From: Raillietiella orientalis
Taxonomy: Eukaryota
Direction: 5' to 3'
NCBI GenBank assembly: GCA_036172245.1
Contig: JAYWIR010000009.1
Span: 2,604,001-2,668,000, forward strand
DNA length: 64,000 nucleotides
Part shown: positions 1 to 13,989 of the stretch, piece by piece
Layout: each line of letters begins with the position of its first letter
Position numbering within the stretch: the first letter of the stretch is position 1
Program-made: the position numbers and the translations under genes
Notes under the pieces: model-generated
What the model was told of the DNA's origin: nothing
Databases searched by the model: none
What the model saw: only the letters and a program-made list of their open reading frames with translations

Positions 1-89
1 TCATTTCGTAAAAGAAGAAGGCACGTTTTAACGACCTGGCTGCATACACTTTGCAAAGCAAAGGTCAAGTTTTTTCTTGGCAAACTTTA

Positions 90-480
90 TTAGATTTCGA
101 GCAACTGTGCCAAGAACTAAAGTCTCTCATCCTGGACCCAAATGCACTTCCTGAATGGAAGGAGCAGTGAATTAGTGTCGCCGCAGTGATGGATAAAAGT
201 GTTGCACAATTGGGAAGAAGACGGCCCGGCATCTTCAAAAAATCTGCTGAAAAACTACCTTGGAAGATCAGCGCCTCGTTCGTTGCTACCAAGGCGGAAA
301 CCATGGTCCCACTTTTCAGTGGTGCAGCAGTTCGGCAGAAACCAAGCTATGTGCATCTTAGATTAGCTAGGAAGATCACAAATAAGTCTCTGCGTCAGGA
401 GACAAATCCGGACGCCGACGGTTTCCTGTTGAGTCCATGCATATTCCTCGAAGGTCTGCTAAAAGATCATTCCGAGGTCA
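90..480 (+). pseudogene. Degraded cysteine-containing LRR (FBXL-like) gene fragment
   Basis: One frame reads CQELKSLIL...DKSVAQLGRRRP...LRLARKITNKSL, resembling the LRR-CC consensus (CxxLxxLxL, xITDxSL). It contains an in-frame stop. Confidence 0.4.
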
Positions 481-654
481 TTCTGAGGCATTTATTGTAA
501 AAAAATATTTAACCCCCCAAAAAACAGTCATATAAAATATAAAAATGTCGTTGTTCTTCTTGGTGGTTCCACAGGACCACTAAGAAGGGAGAAGCCTCCA
601 CGGAGGCTCTGCTTCTCATCGGCAGCTCCCCCGACGAGATCCGCACAGGAGAAG

Positions 655-1330
655 CGGGGGAAGGGGTAAACAAAAAGGAAACAAAAACAGCACAGGAGTT
701 CAGTTTCAGACATGTCGCAAAGGGAAGGGAAGGGATCGCAGATTTCTTCCTGGAGGTCCCCTCAGCATCCTCTGGAGGATGTTGGCAACTTCCTCCTCCT
801 TTCGCTGGCAGAGACGTGGCCATCCCGTTACCTCCCTCATGAAGGAGCAGACGATTGCGATGACGTCACCGTACGATCGGCCTCTTTTGGAGCGGCTTCT
901 CGCCTTCGCGGTCCCACGATGGTGGCACAGGGCTGCAAGGGAAGCTGCGGGCGACATCGCGTCGCGCGCCAAGAGGCGCCGCAAGACCTCTCTGTCGTTG
1001 TCCACCGGGAATGGGAGGGCCGCAGCGAAGCATTCCCGAACACTCAGGAGGGCAACGCAGTCCAGGAACAGGTGGGGGGAGGTTTTCCGTTTCCCGCACC
1101 GGACAAAGTCCGCGATCGCATTTCCCCTCGTCCATTGGTGGACTGGTGCGCTGCATGGGATCGCCCAGCTGCAGTACCGTGTCCCGCCACTTCGAGAGAG
1201 GCGCGGAGCTGTCCACAGGCACTGGGAGAATTCCTGCGTCTTCAGAAGGAATGCCCAGGAGCTCTGCCTTGGGCAAATTTTCGAAAATGTCTGCGGACGG
1301 ATTTTTGCCAATCTCGCAAGGAATTTTTTT
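655..1330 (-). mobile_element. L1/Tx1-like LINE 3' fragment (ORF2 C-terminus with zinc knuckle, plus 3' UTR)
   Basis: Reads ADFVRCGKRKTSPHLFLDC (degenerate CX2CX7HX4C), then RRLLARDAMSPAASLAALC...GWPRL. Homologous to the copies near 20, 41, 42, 44 and 53 kb. Pyrimidine-rich 3' tail. Confidence 0.75.
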
Positions 1331-1899
1331 CTTACTGAAGTTTTTCTTTTTTAAACATTTAGCTCGCAAATTTTAGGAAGGGTTTTTGGTGAAAATGTAA
1401 AGAGCGAATTGGCGTTGGAGAGAATTTCGGGAGAAAGTTCCACTTTATCGGAACCACGAAGGACAGATTGGATTCAGTTTGCTTGGATTCTATACAGAGC
1501 GTTAATGCACGAGGTCACAGTTTAAGCGATCTTCAATCGAATGAAGTAGGTGTCCGTACAGCGTTCCCATCATGGACAAAAAGCGCGAAAATTCCTGGAA
1601 CAAACCTCCGACGAAGGAACCTTCGAGGACAATTTCGTCTTCGAACGATATTCGCTCGTTCGAACGAATGTCGCCTAAAGACAGAATGCCAGAGACGCCG
1701 AAGAAGACAGCATTTATCTTCAGACGGACATTCTGCCCTCATACAGAAGGAATTATCAGAAGAACTCGTGTTGCTCGATGAGAAAGAATGTTCGAGGAGA
1801 CACACACATACTCACTACTTACGACAAAAGTGGAAACTGAGAGGATATTTCAGCATAAGAGACACCAGGAGCTTTTAAACCCACAACAACTGTAGGTCA

Positions 1900-2150
1900 A
1901 ACAAAGCAGCGGGATGTCGTGCTCTTCTTCAGCTGACATAACTTGGGTGAAACTGACATCGACAAGGTCACACTAAATGAACGGCCTAAGAATTTGTTTC
2001 TTGCGTGTGATTTCTGATCCAACTCAGTTATGGAGTGAGGTGAGCACCTTCAGACATCACCAATGAAGCCTTGGCTACCACCTCCCTAAGAGACTTCGAA
2101 GAACTGAAAGGAAGATACAATAATTTCGCAGTTGTGCCTTTTTTGCTTGG
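1900..2150 (+). pseudogene. Possible LRR-CC remnant
   Basis: Short motifs GCRALL and SDITNEAL only. Confidence 0.25.
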
Positions 2151-5100
2151 CTGCGATTGCATTTCCCATTAGCAACGGTCTGACCACTGTTTTTGGCTCA
2201 GGCTGCCCCCTTCTTTCCGGAGCGCTTGTACACGTGGAGGGCGCTGAAACCAACCTTTAAAGCCCGGGATGGGGAGCGGATGCTCCAGAAGGGTGGACTC
2301 TGTAGCTCCAAGAGTTCCAGAAAGAGCTCTTGGTCCGAGCAGTCGCCTGCTTGCCCGTGGACGGGTACCTTTTCGACAGCGCAGATGTCGCCAGGAAGTC
2401 AACGCACTTTTGTCCCTCTGTTCCGTCCCCTTCCTCGCCGATGTTTCCCTCTGGTGAGGGGCCGCGCACTGATCATGTGATTCATCAGGTCATGAAACGA
2501 TGGAGATCTGGCACTCATTCCCATTTCGTAGATTTTCCCATCTTGGTTTTGTTTTTCCGAAAATGCGGAAACAGCAAGCGGACACACGGCAAATGCTTTT
2601 CACATCAACTGTCTGCTCGTGTCAGACGGAGAACATCCTTTGGTTCCTCATCCACATGAGCTGTTGATCAGTTGCTTCTTGGCTGCTTCTTCGGCCTCCT
2701 GAGACGAATTGGGCGGGGTGTTTGCTTCGTAAGTTTCGTAAGTTTAGCTTCAACTTCACCAGCAGCCAGCTTCGAAGCTTTTAAGGATTTTTTGCGTATT
2801 TCTGGAAAGGGATCGTAGCAACGCCTCCGCAACTTCTCCTGCACGGTGCTTTTTTTTCAACAGGGCGACGAAGGAGACGCAGTCTTTGCCACTTTTTGGA
2901 GGTAAATTAATGGAACCTGTGCTCATCTCCTTTGCCTCTTTTAACTGCTAGGTGATTCAGGCCACTTATTCTAACAACGTGATGGCTGGAATCTTGGTTT
3001 ACCTGTGATGAAGAAGCAACCAACCACAGATCAGCCAAACCAGGCAACATCACAGGTGACTTCCATTGGGACGGTGGCAACTTGTGGTCAACACAAAAAA
3101 CATATTTCCACTTCGTCACGTAGCTGCGGCTTGTCAGGTTGTTCAATTTTCATACAAGAGAGCTAAAATCTTTTCATCAGCTACGGAACAACAATATTTT
3201 AGACGAAATGCTTGGAGGAATTCGCCCTTCCGTTTGTGATTCTTTAGTTGGTATCGTTAGAAGGATCGCGTTGAAGAGGCAAAATCTTTCGAAGATACTT
3301 TACAATGCTGAGTTGTCTGCAAACTGCCAATCCAAATTGATCTTCTTAGGGTTATGATAGACCACTCAAATTAAAGTGCAGTCCTATCTACCTGCAAAAT
3401 ATGGACTGCAAAATATTGTAGGTAAATAGAATTAGGCCAATACGTACAAAACAAACCGAGACATATCTTTCTGGCAATGGTCATTTGAGTTTCAACAAAT
3501 CACGTATGAATTGCAGCTTGGAGGACAAATAAGTCTGACTGGACCAGGAGCACTCGTATTGGAATTTTTCTCTTGGGTAGAACACGGATGACTCATCCGC
3601 GGCCCAGCAATATTTTGTAAAAGAAGAACGTCTGCGTCTATGACGTGGAATGAGTTTGCCTCCATGGTTTCCAGAGAGGATCATATTCCTCGGGAAGATA
3701 TCAAGCAGTTTGTTATTTCAGACGGCTGGAAATAAGGAGCACAAGCTGTACGGTGACAATTCGTGCCCTAGCTTGAGACCGCTAATATACATTAAAAAAA
3801 AAAGAAACACATTGCATTCCATCATCCCTTGATGGCAATCCAGGATGCGCTTTATCGTATTCCAATCGTAATGAATAGTGCTTCCAAGCAGCTTTTTTAT
3901 TTGTTCTGCTCTTTGCCGATGATCTGGATCATCCATAGAGCGAGCTTTTGCAGATTCTTTACCATATATGAGCTACAAGATGAATGCGATAACTGATTAG
4001 TGAATCTAATAAAAATACGTGCACATGCTCGTAAAACGCCATTCATTAATTTTCACTAGATGAGCATCTTTACGCTCGGCTGGTGAAGCAGCATTTTCTT
4101 CTTTTGATGAGCTGCAAGTTGGCTTTCCTTAATCTTCCCAAGGCGTTTCTTCCTTGCTATGGTCTAGAATTTCAAGTACCGAGAAAGAACGGATCCTCAT
4201 AAAGTGGTCCGTCCGTGGAAGATGACACACAGAGAACGAATAAAGAAATGGCTTTTACGTATGCTGGGCTCGCACCACGGATCCAGAAGTCTCGAGTGAA
4301 CCGTGGAAGAAGACCTTCCTGTGTGAAATTTCCCTTTCACATTTGTTTTCGCTTCGAAAGTGAAATCAGTGAGCCATAAATCAGCTGATTCCATAAAGTG
4401 GCTTGCTTTCTTGTCCATCTGCAATCTTGTCCACCGTTGTCTTGTTGTACAGTTGCAGCTTTCCTTTATCCGCTTATGCGAAGCACACGGGGAAATGAAT
4501 CCTTGCTCGTCTTCCCTTATCAGTTTCTCCTCTGGAGGAAGCTTCGTCGGATCCTTCGATAATTTACAAGGCTTTCTTTTTTTTTTTCTCTCTCCTTTTT
4601 ATGGATGCCTCCTTCGTGAAACTGAAGCTCCATTCCCGAAAACACGACCGAGGTGATTTATTTCTTGACGACGTTTTAATACTCACTGCGCGATTCTTTG
4701 CTACAGTCACCCATGATGACACAGAAAGATAAGGCCGAGGGTCCGAGCTGCAGAGGTGGACAGAAACCACACAGCGCCGTCGCCTCGGCATTCTCAGTAT
4801 AGAGAGCCCAAAGCAGATCCGCCATTCTTCATCCGCGACGAATCTGGACAGCTCGAGATGAAACGGTGGAAGCTGTGAGGAGTCGCGCGTTTTCATGTAA
4901 TTCCATACCTTTTAAACACATTTCCGGGCAATTAGAATTCAGCTCCAGGAACTTGGTAAGGATGCTCCTGCGATATGATCTTCATTATCAATACTAATTT
5001 ATTCATTAGGACTTTGCAGTTTCTGAATTACTTATTCATAGGAATCGTAAGGATATAGGATGACTACATATACGGAAATCATTACACCAGTAGGTTAGTA

Positions 5101-5449
5101 TGCGTCTTTAATTCCATTATTTCTTCCTTTTCCTCGTCATCTATCTTATAGCAGAGCTTCCTGATTCCATTTGGACATCCCTGATACACAAACGGGGAAG
5201 ATTTCCGAGTGAAACTGGCTGTAAGAGCAGCCTAAAGGGTGCACAGATTTCTGAGACCGGGTCAGCTGATTTTTTTTCCTTAAACTGTCGTTTGCATCTC
5301 AGAATTATGTCTCCTCGTCCTTCCAATTCCTGAATGGAAGTGTGTTTTTGTGTTTCCTGATCGTTTCCTTCGGTTCTTGCCCTTCTTTGCAAAACAGGAT
5401 GAATGAAGATCGATAAATAATCTAACATGCTCTAAGTTGCTGTCTAAAG

Positions 5450-5900
5450 GGGATGGAGGAATCGATTCTCTTTGTCCTCATGAAGCATGAGCCTGCTGTG
5501 CAAAATTGCATGTCTGAGCACACACTTTGCTTGGAAAGTTCGCGATTTTCCATTCGCGATCGCCCACGGAAGATACGAAGTCTCTCTCAGGACAACTTTC
5601 CGACCTTCAACCCGTACGGTTCCCGAAGTCAAAGCTGCTTGGCCGCGCTTTGGAAGCACACCTTGAAGCGGTAGGTGTGGATAGCCACAGCATCCACAAG
5701 TAGCCGAAACCCTGAATGGACCGATCGGCACAATCTGATGGCCGGGCGCTTGGTCACACGATCGTCGGATAATCCCGTTCGAAACGCTCGGGCTGCCTTT
5801 CCAAGAGGACCGGGATTCGTGAAAACCCCGTTCAAAAAAAGTCATCTCCAAGGACCGATCCAAAAGAGGACTCGACTCTCCGGAATGAGAGGATAAAACC
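5450..5900 (-). mobile_element. Putative LINE ORF1 fragment (RRM-like)
   Basis: Across a frameshift it reads YRFKVCFQSAAKQ / ALTSGTVRVEGRKVVLRE, resembling the L1/Tx1 ORF1 RRM region. The stretch at 5780-5890 resembles the end of the repeated 5' segment at 52.6-52.7 kb and 59.2-59.3 kb. Confidence 0.4.
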
Positions 5901-6679
5901 AGCTGGAAGTTTTCGAAAGCGGAAGGTGCTCAGACGCGACCTCCCCTGTCTAACCTCTGTCCCTGCACTTCCGAGCCTAGAAGGAACCACCGCTTCTAGG
6001 CAAATTTTGGCTCCTGAAGACGGGCGCCCGTGGGGCTCGACCTTTTACTTCATGCGCGAGCACAGTGAGCGCGTGCATTCCTACTCAAACCGTCACGGGT
6101 GTTCCTCTAATGGTGTCTGCCTCATTGCTTCCACTGTCTTGTGTGGTTCCATCGATTTGTACGCCCGCTCTCCAGAGTCGCTGTGCTGCCACCCGCCTTT
6201 CTTGGATACTTGGCATGCACCTACCAAGGAAGGCGTGAGGGGGGAGGGGGGGAGAACACAGGCAAAAAAAAAAAAAAACGTTTTTCCCGAGTGCAAGCCA
6301 CAGACAGAAAGTCCTCTTCAGAATGCTTTCGGACTTGAGCGCCAGTTCTCCACTTCTTTTCGAAATCGAAAGTGCAGATTTAAGAGGAGATCGATTCGGA
6401 TTCAGGAAACCAGCCCTTGAGAAAGAGGTCCTCTAATTGCAATCAAAAAAAAAAAAAGGAGGGGGAGGGACTATTTTCTATCTCGTTAGCCAACGTAATC
6501 AATCATTTAGTGCTTACTTCGTTTTCCAGAACGTTCGGTCGCTCCTTCTCATTTCAGCGGCCTCGCAAAACAGTTTTCTATAAATAAGAAGACAAAAGAT
6601 GTGAAGCATCGTAAAGATAGCGAACTTCATGATCACTTAGTTGTGTTGCAAGAAATTTATGCAGTTGCGGGGCCGCATA

Positions 6680-6990
6680 AATGGCTCCGCACACCGGTTT
6701 CCCCACTCCGCGTCGGTCTAGGAAGCTGCTGAAGAAATGCATGGCATCCGCCCTGGAAGATGAATGAGTGGAGTCTGGGAAGCACACGAACAGAAGCAGG
6801 AACTTGCGCCACCATATCATAAATTCTTGCCATTGCAAACCCCTTGGACCACTGAAGTGATTCGGGGAAATTTCAAGGACACCCGAAGAATGCCGTGGCA
6901 GAGGGATAGCTGCAGCAGCGGCGTTCCGCCCACGCCAGAAAGGGTGCCCATATTTTGCCTGGTCCAGCATTCTTCGATGGCCGAAAGCGA
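6680..6990 (-). mobile_element. L1-like ORF2 post-RT fragment
   Basis: TLSGVGGTPLLQLSL (LSxxGRxxL-like), WWRKFLLL (RxFLW-like) and LDRRGVGKP (GGLG-like) occur in the expected order. Confidence 0.45.
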
Positions 6991-8759
6991 TTCTTCAAGA
7001 ACGAATACTTTCGGCATCGAAGGACGACTGAATCTTCGTGAAAGCTGCACTTAGGTGATGTTTGGAACTTTTCGGAGCCGTTTTTGGAACTTATGGAATC
7101 GATTAAAATGTGTATCAAAGATCATTTGATGCCACAAGATGCTGCACTTCCAAGGACTGTAGAGGCGATCTTTCTTCGGCTTAAGAAGTTGGATGCAAGG
7201 CTTGGATCTGCATTTATCCCTTAATGGAAGTCAAATTTTTTGACATGGGGGCACTTTGTGTCGATACACTTAGCCATTCAGTCTTGGAGCGGCTCTCGTT
7301 AGCCATTATTTCATTGGAGTATGATTAAACCATTCTGGCTTTGCCTTTCAAATTAAAAAAGATTATTTATACACTACGAATATATGTAAATACGTTGCAA
7401 TGTGCAAAATATATGTATATTCGCTGATCTTTTAGTGGTGATTAGAAAAAGTTTTCGGAAGGAACCTAAATTTGTGCTCTGGTCCATCGACACCGTAGCC
7501 TGCATCATCTTGGATCCAGAGCTCCAAATGACTCATGAAAAGGTAATGAGCGCTTACTTTCCAAGAGCACCCGTAGGAACGCTGATTTTGGAGACTGGAA
7601 ATTCAAACACCATCCAAAAATGGGATTACGTTCCAATTTTCAGCAAACGGACCACTGTCCATCAAAACCCAGGCTTACTGTTTGAAAATTACTCGACCCC
7701 GGCTGAAATTCCATATTTTTCCTCCGGGCGAACCAGGACCAGAAGTGGACAGTGCAACCCGTGTCACCTTCACGGAACTATCAGAGGATTTCTAACAGCC
7801 GTCATCCCGTGCTCCTTGCGCAGCTTCCCCGCTTGCTGGCTTGTCAAGTGAGTCAAAACCTGAAGACTTATCCTCGGTTCCTCTGAAATTGAAAATTCTG
7901 CTGCAGGGGAACGCCTTGCTTCTTCCTCCGCCTTCCCCCAGATGCATCGTCGGTTCCTCATTGAAAATCTCCTTGGAATCAAACCAGAGCTGCGTGGCTT
8001 AGGAAGGCGCAGCACCTGAGCTGATGTCTAGCCATCAAGCCTCTGGTGCGTTTTATGGTATTCATCATGCACTCCTTGGTCTCGAAGGTTACCTTTCAGT
8101 TTTTCTCTCCTCCGCAGCAATCCAATTTCCGGTTTTGCACCTCGATCCGAAGCCACTGGGAGTTTTTTCTTGCACTTCTCCACACTTGCAGGCTTTGGTG
8201 CTTATCGTGGGTGGGTGATGGATGAAGTGTTTCGAAAAGAACCCATTAAGATTTTCAACCCATCGGTGCGCTCATGCCGTGAATTTGTTCATTTGCTTGA
8301 GGTTCTTAGCACATCGCCTTTGTCCTTTTTCAAATTACTCCCCTGATTATCAGAAACTTGCTTTCTTAGGACGTCGTCTCATCCCCTGGGTCATGAAATC
8401 CAGAAAGAATGGCGCTGGGATCACTGGGTTACGTTTGACCTTCGTTCTTCTCAGTGCTTCGTCTGTGAAGAAACTGCTGATGAAAAGAGAAAAAAAATAA
8501 TGACGTCACTATCTTCCAGAATTTTCGCATTCATTGTAACAAACCTTCCACAGTTTGTGTTGTGAAGGACACCTTCAGCAGCTTTGCTTGCAGCCTTCCA
8601 CGAGTATCACTTGGGAGTGACCCCACCTTTTCAAATAGTCGGAAAGACTTTTGCCTTTCACCTCAGGGCAGCTGACCTTTCATACTGAGTTCCATCCGAA
8701 GAGAGGTCACCTTTTCTCTCAGTCCATGCACTACACACTACCTCGAAACTGCTTGAAGA

Positions 8760-8880
8760 ATTCGCCCTTCATGCTTCGTTTCTCCAGCTGCTTTGACATC
8801 AGGACCTTTTTGAAAAATTCTCTTCGCATCCGTTTGTCAATCTGCCCTGAAGAGCAGTAGTGTGAAGAGTGCTCTCTGAG
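8760..8880 (-). pseudogene. Possible ankyrin-repeat remnant
   Basis: ESTLHTTALQG, then KGPDVKA after a frameshift (TxLHxAAxxG ... GADVNA-like). Confidence 0.3.
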
Positions 8881-9441
8881 TTTCCATTTCCTCTTTTCCA
8901 GATTTCGCTTTTAAGGTGCTTTGGCGATTTGGGGGATTAAGTCTTTTTCTTTTAAAAAAAAAAAAAAAAAAGTTATCCTTAAACTTCTTGCCTTTCTATT
9001 GAACAGCCGAAGCCGTTCTATAAAGCCTGTCTGTAATAAGAATGGAGAATTTGAACTGCCTTGCAGCTATCCCTCTTCAGCTATCTGCTATTCTTCCTGT
9101 GGCTTTCGATCTGTGCCGCGTATTCCCATTATCACTCGCTTTCCAGATAAGAAAAAATGCATTCCTTGGGTCCAGAATCCTAAATAGCTCGATGATTAAT
9201 CGCTTGCACTTCCCTTGCAAATTCAAGGAAGAAAAAAAAAACAAAGTGCGTAGTTCATCTCATTTAAATTTTATTGGTTTGGATACTTTTCGGAGTGATC
9301 TTAAAGGAATACTGAGATCGTGGCTGCTTAATGCGTTGCATTTGATTTATGTCCCTGGTCCCTTCTGATTATGAGGATTCTATTAATGTACACTAGCATC
9401 AGACTGTACTTCTATTGCTTGTCATTTCCGGAACAAAGATG

Positions 9442-9531
9442 TCCCGACGAATTTGCATTCATTCTTTTTCGTTTTCTCAAGTTTTGCACTATGGAAAATA
9501 ACGGAAAGGAATGAATGCAAATTCGTAGGGA
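9442..9531. repeat. About 90-nt inverted repeat (hairpin)
   Basis: TCCCGACGAATTTGCATTCATTC ... GAATGAATGCAAATTCGTAGGGA. The 18-bp core is perfect and the stem extends imperfectly to about 35 bp. Confidence 0.85.
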
Positions 9532-9699
9532 ATGCATCAGGCACTCGTCCATTTCTCAAGGAATGCTGATTATGGAGGAGGATGACTTCTTTTCTCAGCT
9601 TTCAGTGCGGCAGCTCTGGATGGCTACCGCAAGAAATACTGAGCTTCGTTGAAACCGTCCCCTGCACGGATTCTTCAGGTTCCACTGTTTCTGTACATC

Positions 9700-9930
9700 G
9701 TGGATGTGCACTCTGAGGTCCCTCACGCAACAGCCCCGTACTCAACGAAAGATTGAATTCCCGTCTGCACCTTCCGCAATGGCACGTCCGTGCGTACGAG
9801 CGGAGGCGTTGTTGCAGGATGCGATTAAGCACAGCATCTCGGCGTAAGCATCTTTACCGAACTTCCGTAACCGTAGGCTCGTCGGAAAAGCCCATTTCTT
9901 GCAGACTTGGCCCCCGAGTCCTGGCATGAT
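9700..9930 (-). pseudogene. Possible ankyrin-repeat remnant
   Basis: AYGYGSSVKML...TTPPL...FVEYGA resembles AxxGxxxxVKxL / TPL / LLExGA. It contains stops. Confidence 0.35.
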
Positions 9931-9959
9931 CCCAGCTTCCTCTCAAGATGAATTCTCAC

Positions 9960-9977
9960 GTGTGTGTGTGTGTGTGT
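9960..9977. repeat. (GT)n microsatellite
   Basis: Directly visible GT dinucleotide run. Confidence 0.9.
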
Positions 9978-10299
9978 TTCGTTCTGATTCCCACGTGCTT
10001 TGAGCACTCGCAAAGCTCAGTTGAGCAGGTGCGGCCTTCTCGGATACGGGAACCATCAAGCAATACCTCTGGAGCGCTGCCGAGGTTACGGCGTTTGCAT
10101 TTGAAATAAGCAGTAATGGGAATTCAAATTCTTGGCTCAGACACCCTTGGGAATTGTGTCTGTGAAACGTGTTCAGGTAAATCAATGGTTTACTTTTTGC
10201 TTCCGATCGATATATCAATCCCTTCGAATTCCAATTCTCAAAATCGGGGCTGCTAAATCTTGATACGTGTGCTGAGCACATGCAGATTTCGTTCGCCTC

Positions 10300-10680
10300 C
10301 TCGGGACCGTGGCTCTCTCGCCGAACAGTGACCCTGCAGCAAGAACCTGCTCAGCCCAAGGAGGTGACCGCAGAAAGGCGCACGGGGGAACAGACGTGCG
10401 CAGCAGTCTCGAATCTGCAAGCGGAAACCTCCATGGGAGCCTCCAGGCGTTTCGAACGAAAAGGGCGCCGCCGGGGGTGTCTCTGCCCAGCTCTTCGGAG
10501 GCCAGCTAAGATGTGCTCCCTGGGTCGGTCGAGCGCTGACCGAGGATCGATGCTTCCTGATAAGCTTCTGCAGCGCCGCAAGAAGATCACTGGAGGTGGG
10601 TGGCAACTTGGAGAGAGCGTCAGCGAAACGAGCGTACGCCAGCTGCCTTTGGTTGCCAGTGGAAACCAGCTTGAGGATGC
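10300..10680 (-). mobile_element. Highly decayed non-LTR reverse transcriptase fragment
   Basis: ARFADALSKLP (DFxKAFD-like), PTQGAHLS (QGxPLS-like) and PFCGHL (FADDL-like) in order, with compressed spacing. Confidence 0.35.
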
Positions 10681-12929
10681 GAGGCCGAGGGGAGATCCCC
10701 GTTCAGAGGCGGGTGCTCTGGAACTTTCTTTTCTGAAAACGCGTGCATGCCATTCGGTGCCGTGTTTTCATTTGAACCAGGTGACCACACGGCGGGATCA
10801 TCTGATCATTGGCGCTGTGAAGGAACACTAGGAGGGTCCCTGTAGGCATTTCAATTTAGAAAGGATGGATCCTCGAGAGCATCTGACATTCCTTTCGAGA
10901 CCCACCCAAATACTGAGGATGTGGTGAAAGCAAAATAACGAACTCCTGCATTCAACTCCAAGGCCTTAGCTGCTTCTGTATTTAACCATTTCTTCATATG
11001 GACACGTTTTAAGGGGCATATGCCACCATAAGCTCCATCTTCTTCCACGTCCACTGTATTATTCGCAAGAATTCTTTCGTGCCGCTTCTGCGTACAGGAA
11101 AGCCTTCTGGAAAGCCAGCAGCATCGAAATGCAATGGTGAAAGAGTGATGAGGCGATCACGACTGGAGTCCACGAATCCATAATGTCCGAACGCATGCAT
11201 CGAGCTTATTGCTTCAGTGTAAAATCTTTGGAGTCTGAATCATTTCTTGGATTTGATGGAAAAGAATGAGACTGCGTGCATTTTAAGCATTTCGCACCAC
11301 ATCACTGGCTCTCAATAGATCGTCCCTAACTTCCTTATAGAAAATAGGGGAGGAATCATGCAACTCAAAACAAACTCCATTTATTCTACAGAATAAGCAG
11401 TGGGTCCAGGCAGATGATTCTTGGAAACTGTAGCTGCTAGTTCTTTGCTTCACATTTCCGATGCATTTTGCTTAATGGCTGTTCGCGGAGCTCTTTGACT
11501 CAAAGAATCAACCGAGGCGACCACCAGGGATGGATGGGCGGTGGAAAGGTATGAATCGTAGGTAATAGTTACTGCGCTATTTCTCGCTATGCCGCAAGGC
11601 ACGTTTGGGATCAGGGTAGCTGATGTACGTGGACATGGCGATGGCGCTAAATAGACTCGCAGAAGCTACTTGAATGGCGCGCTCTATGTATTTATTTATT
11701 ATGGCTCCAGCAGTGCCATGAACAAACCCAAGCCAGAGGTTTAAGAAGAGGACGCATACTGTGTATTCATATGCTTTCTAGGTGTGACTTTTGGTAGGTA
11801 TGTTTCATTACGTGGAGCACTGGGATTGATAACAGGTTGGCAAAAGAGGAAACGGGGACGGAGGGATGGAATGTTGCTGATTGGTATTTTTTTCGTGAGT
11901 TGCCTGCACATCGAATGCATTCATCAACCCACTGATTTCTGAAGAGTCGGTTAAGTGGAAACTGGAATGGTATGGCTGCGTGCATCCGTGGAGAAAGTGC
12001 AGCTCTACGGTGGTTGAAGAGTAGGCGCTGGAAAATTGATTCAATAGGGGGTTCTCGTTAGGGACTCGTGTCTTCGGCACGTCCATTATGAAGTGCTCGT
12101 TGAGACTGTCCGGAGGAGAAATGCGGATGATTAGGTGAGTTTCCCGTTGCGGTGTCTTCTGGTTTACGTCCGGTGAATCTGTCAACGTATGGGAAGAACG
12201 TCTGTGCATTCGATGGACTCTTCGGATTCACAGAGTCGATTTTTTGGAAAATTTTGGCTATCATTTTTGTCTATTACATAATCATGTTCATTGCAGCCGG
12301 CGCAAATTGGGAAAGCTGTAACGTTGTGTGTGGGGATCGATGGGTATAGGAGTGCAAGTCCTGATCTTCTTCAGCGCTGTTGCATTGCTACGAGGTGGTT
12401 ATAGAGTAAACGTTATGAGAAGGAAGAAGGAGGCTTCGGGACTCTGGCATGAAGCAAAAAACCAGAGATTTCCGCACTATTGTTCTAGTCCGGGATTTAA
12501 TTATCTCGACTGGCAGGTGAAAGTCAGTAGAGGATCCTTCCGTTAGATCTTTTTAATTAAATCACTGATTGAATAATCTCCCCTGAGTGGAAGAAAGGAA
12601 TTCCCGAATGTCGCCGATAAAGCCACTGCTTTTCCAAACAAGACGTACATATCGAAATGTTCATATTAATGAAGAAAAACTGAGATCCGAAATATCCATT
12701 CCACAAATGAAAAGCTCAACACAAAACGCAAGAACAAGACAAATGCGCATTTCTTGTGTAGTTTCAGGAGACCACAACTTACCGGAAGGCTCACAAGACT
12801 TGAGAACTCCAGAATCAGCACGAAACTGGTCCATGGAGAATAAGATGGCTTGTTGGATTGATCCAAAATAGTTGGAGTTGGGCGAGTGTGACTACTGCCG
12901 GATCCAATGATCTGGGAAGCCTGCAACAG

Positions 12930-13330
12930 CTGTCCGCCGTAACATGTATCCGTTAGATGGTTGGCTAAGTAGATGAAAACCAACCTCGTCGTGTGGCCAT
13001 TTATTAGAATCCTTTCGTGGATATTTGGAGCAGTACATCTCCAAGACTTCAAGAGGATCTATTTTTTTGCTAGGCAGTCCAGAGTCAAGAGCAGTCTTTT
13101 TCCTGGAGACTATTTCATCCCCCTTAGGGGTCGAACGACATAGGTCGAGCCCCAGTAGCATTCCCAAGCATTTGTATTTCTTCCGTGTTTACAAATGTGG
13201 GATGTCTTGTCCACCGATACGGAAGTTCCTGGGGCTCGTGGGAATTCAGCAGAGTGTGGCCTGGGCTGTTAAATCCAACTCACGACCTACAGCGATCACA
13301 TCTGTAAGACTTCAGTGGACGCCTTTAGAA
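12930..13330 (-). mobile_element. RT domain-7/thumb fragment of an R2/NeSL-type non-LTR element
   Basis: NFRIGGQDIPHL*TRKKYKCLG at about 13160-13230 matches the FxIxGxxIPxLxxxxxYKYLG pattern of this group. Confidence 0.5.
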
Positions 13331-13989
13331 ATTTCGAGGTATACTTCAAATAGTATCTCAGTGAGGTTTATCCGTTAGCTGCCTTTGTTCCCAAATACAT
13401 TTTCCATTGCCTCCATTCCGAATGGGGGAAAATGTCATTTTGTTCTCGTTCACGTGATTTGTCAAGGATGCTTCCAAAAAAGGTGGTGGACTGTCATGTC
13501 ATCGATCGACAGGCCGTTTCATACGATTTCCTTCTTATAGTACAGTATGCAAAAAATCGGTTACTTTCAGAGCGGAAGATGTTTGCTTATGTCTTCGAGA
13601 TGGATTTCCCATGCTCCTGTTTCAGTTATTTTCCTTGAAATAACTCGTCGCTCGAAGAAGGATTGGACTGCTTGTACAAAAGGACACGGCTGTTGCAGAA
13701 GGCTGTTGAACAGCACGCTGAAACCTCAAGCAGCCACATGTCGAATGCTTTGAAACGAAATAAAGGAAAAGCAGTACGAAGGGAGAAAAAAAGGAACTTC
13801 GGGCATTGGGGAAAACGAATTTGATGACTGAGATGCCAGATGAAGGGTGAGGACGAACGAAATCACTGGAGCCTAAGATGAGAGAGGAGCGAAAGTCGTA
13901 ATATCCGAGGCAAAAGTCACTCCCTTGAGGGCTCACCAGGCAGCTAATAGGATACTGTTATCATGATAGTGATCCCACTCTGTTTGGTC

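Noticed and set aside
2160..2460. GC-rich block with ALKVGFS, resembling the ORF1-like piece at 5.6 kb
   Set aside because: Similarity is too short to support a call.
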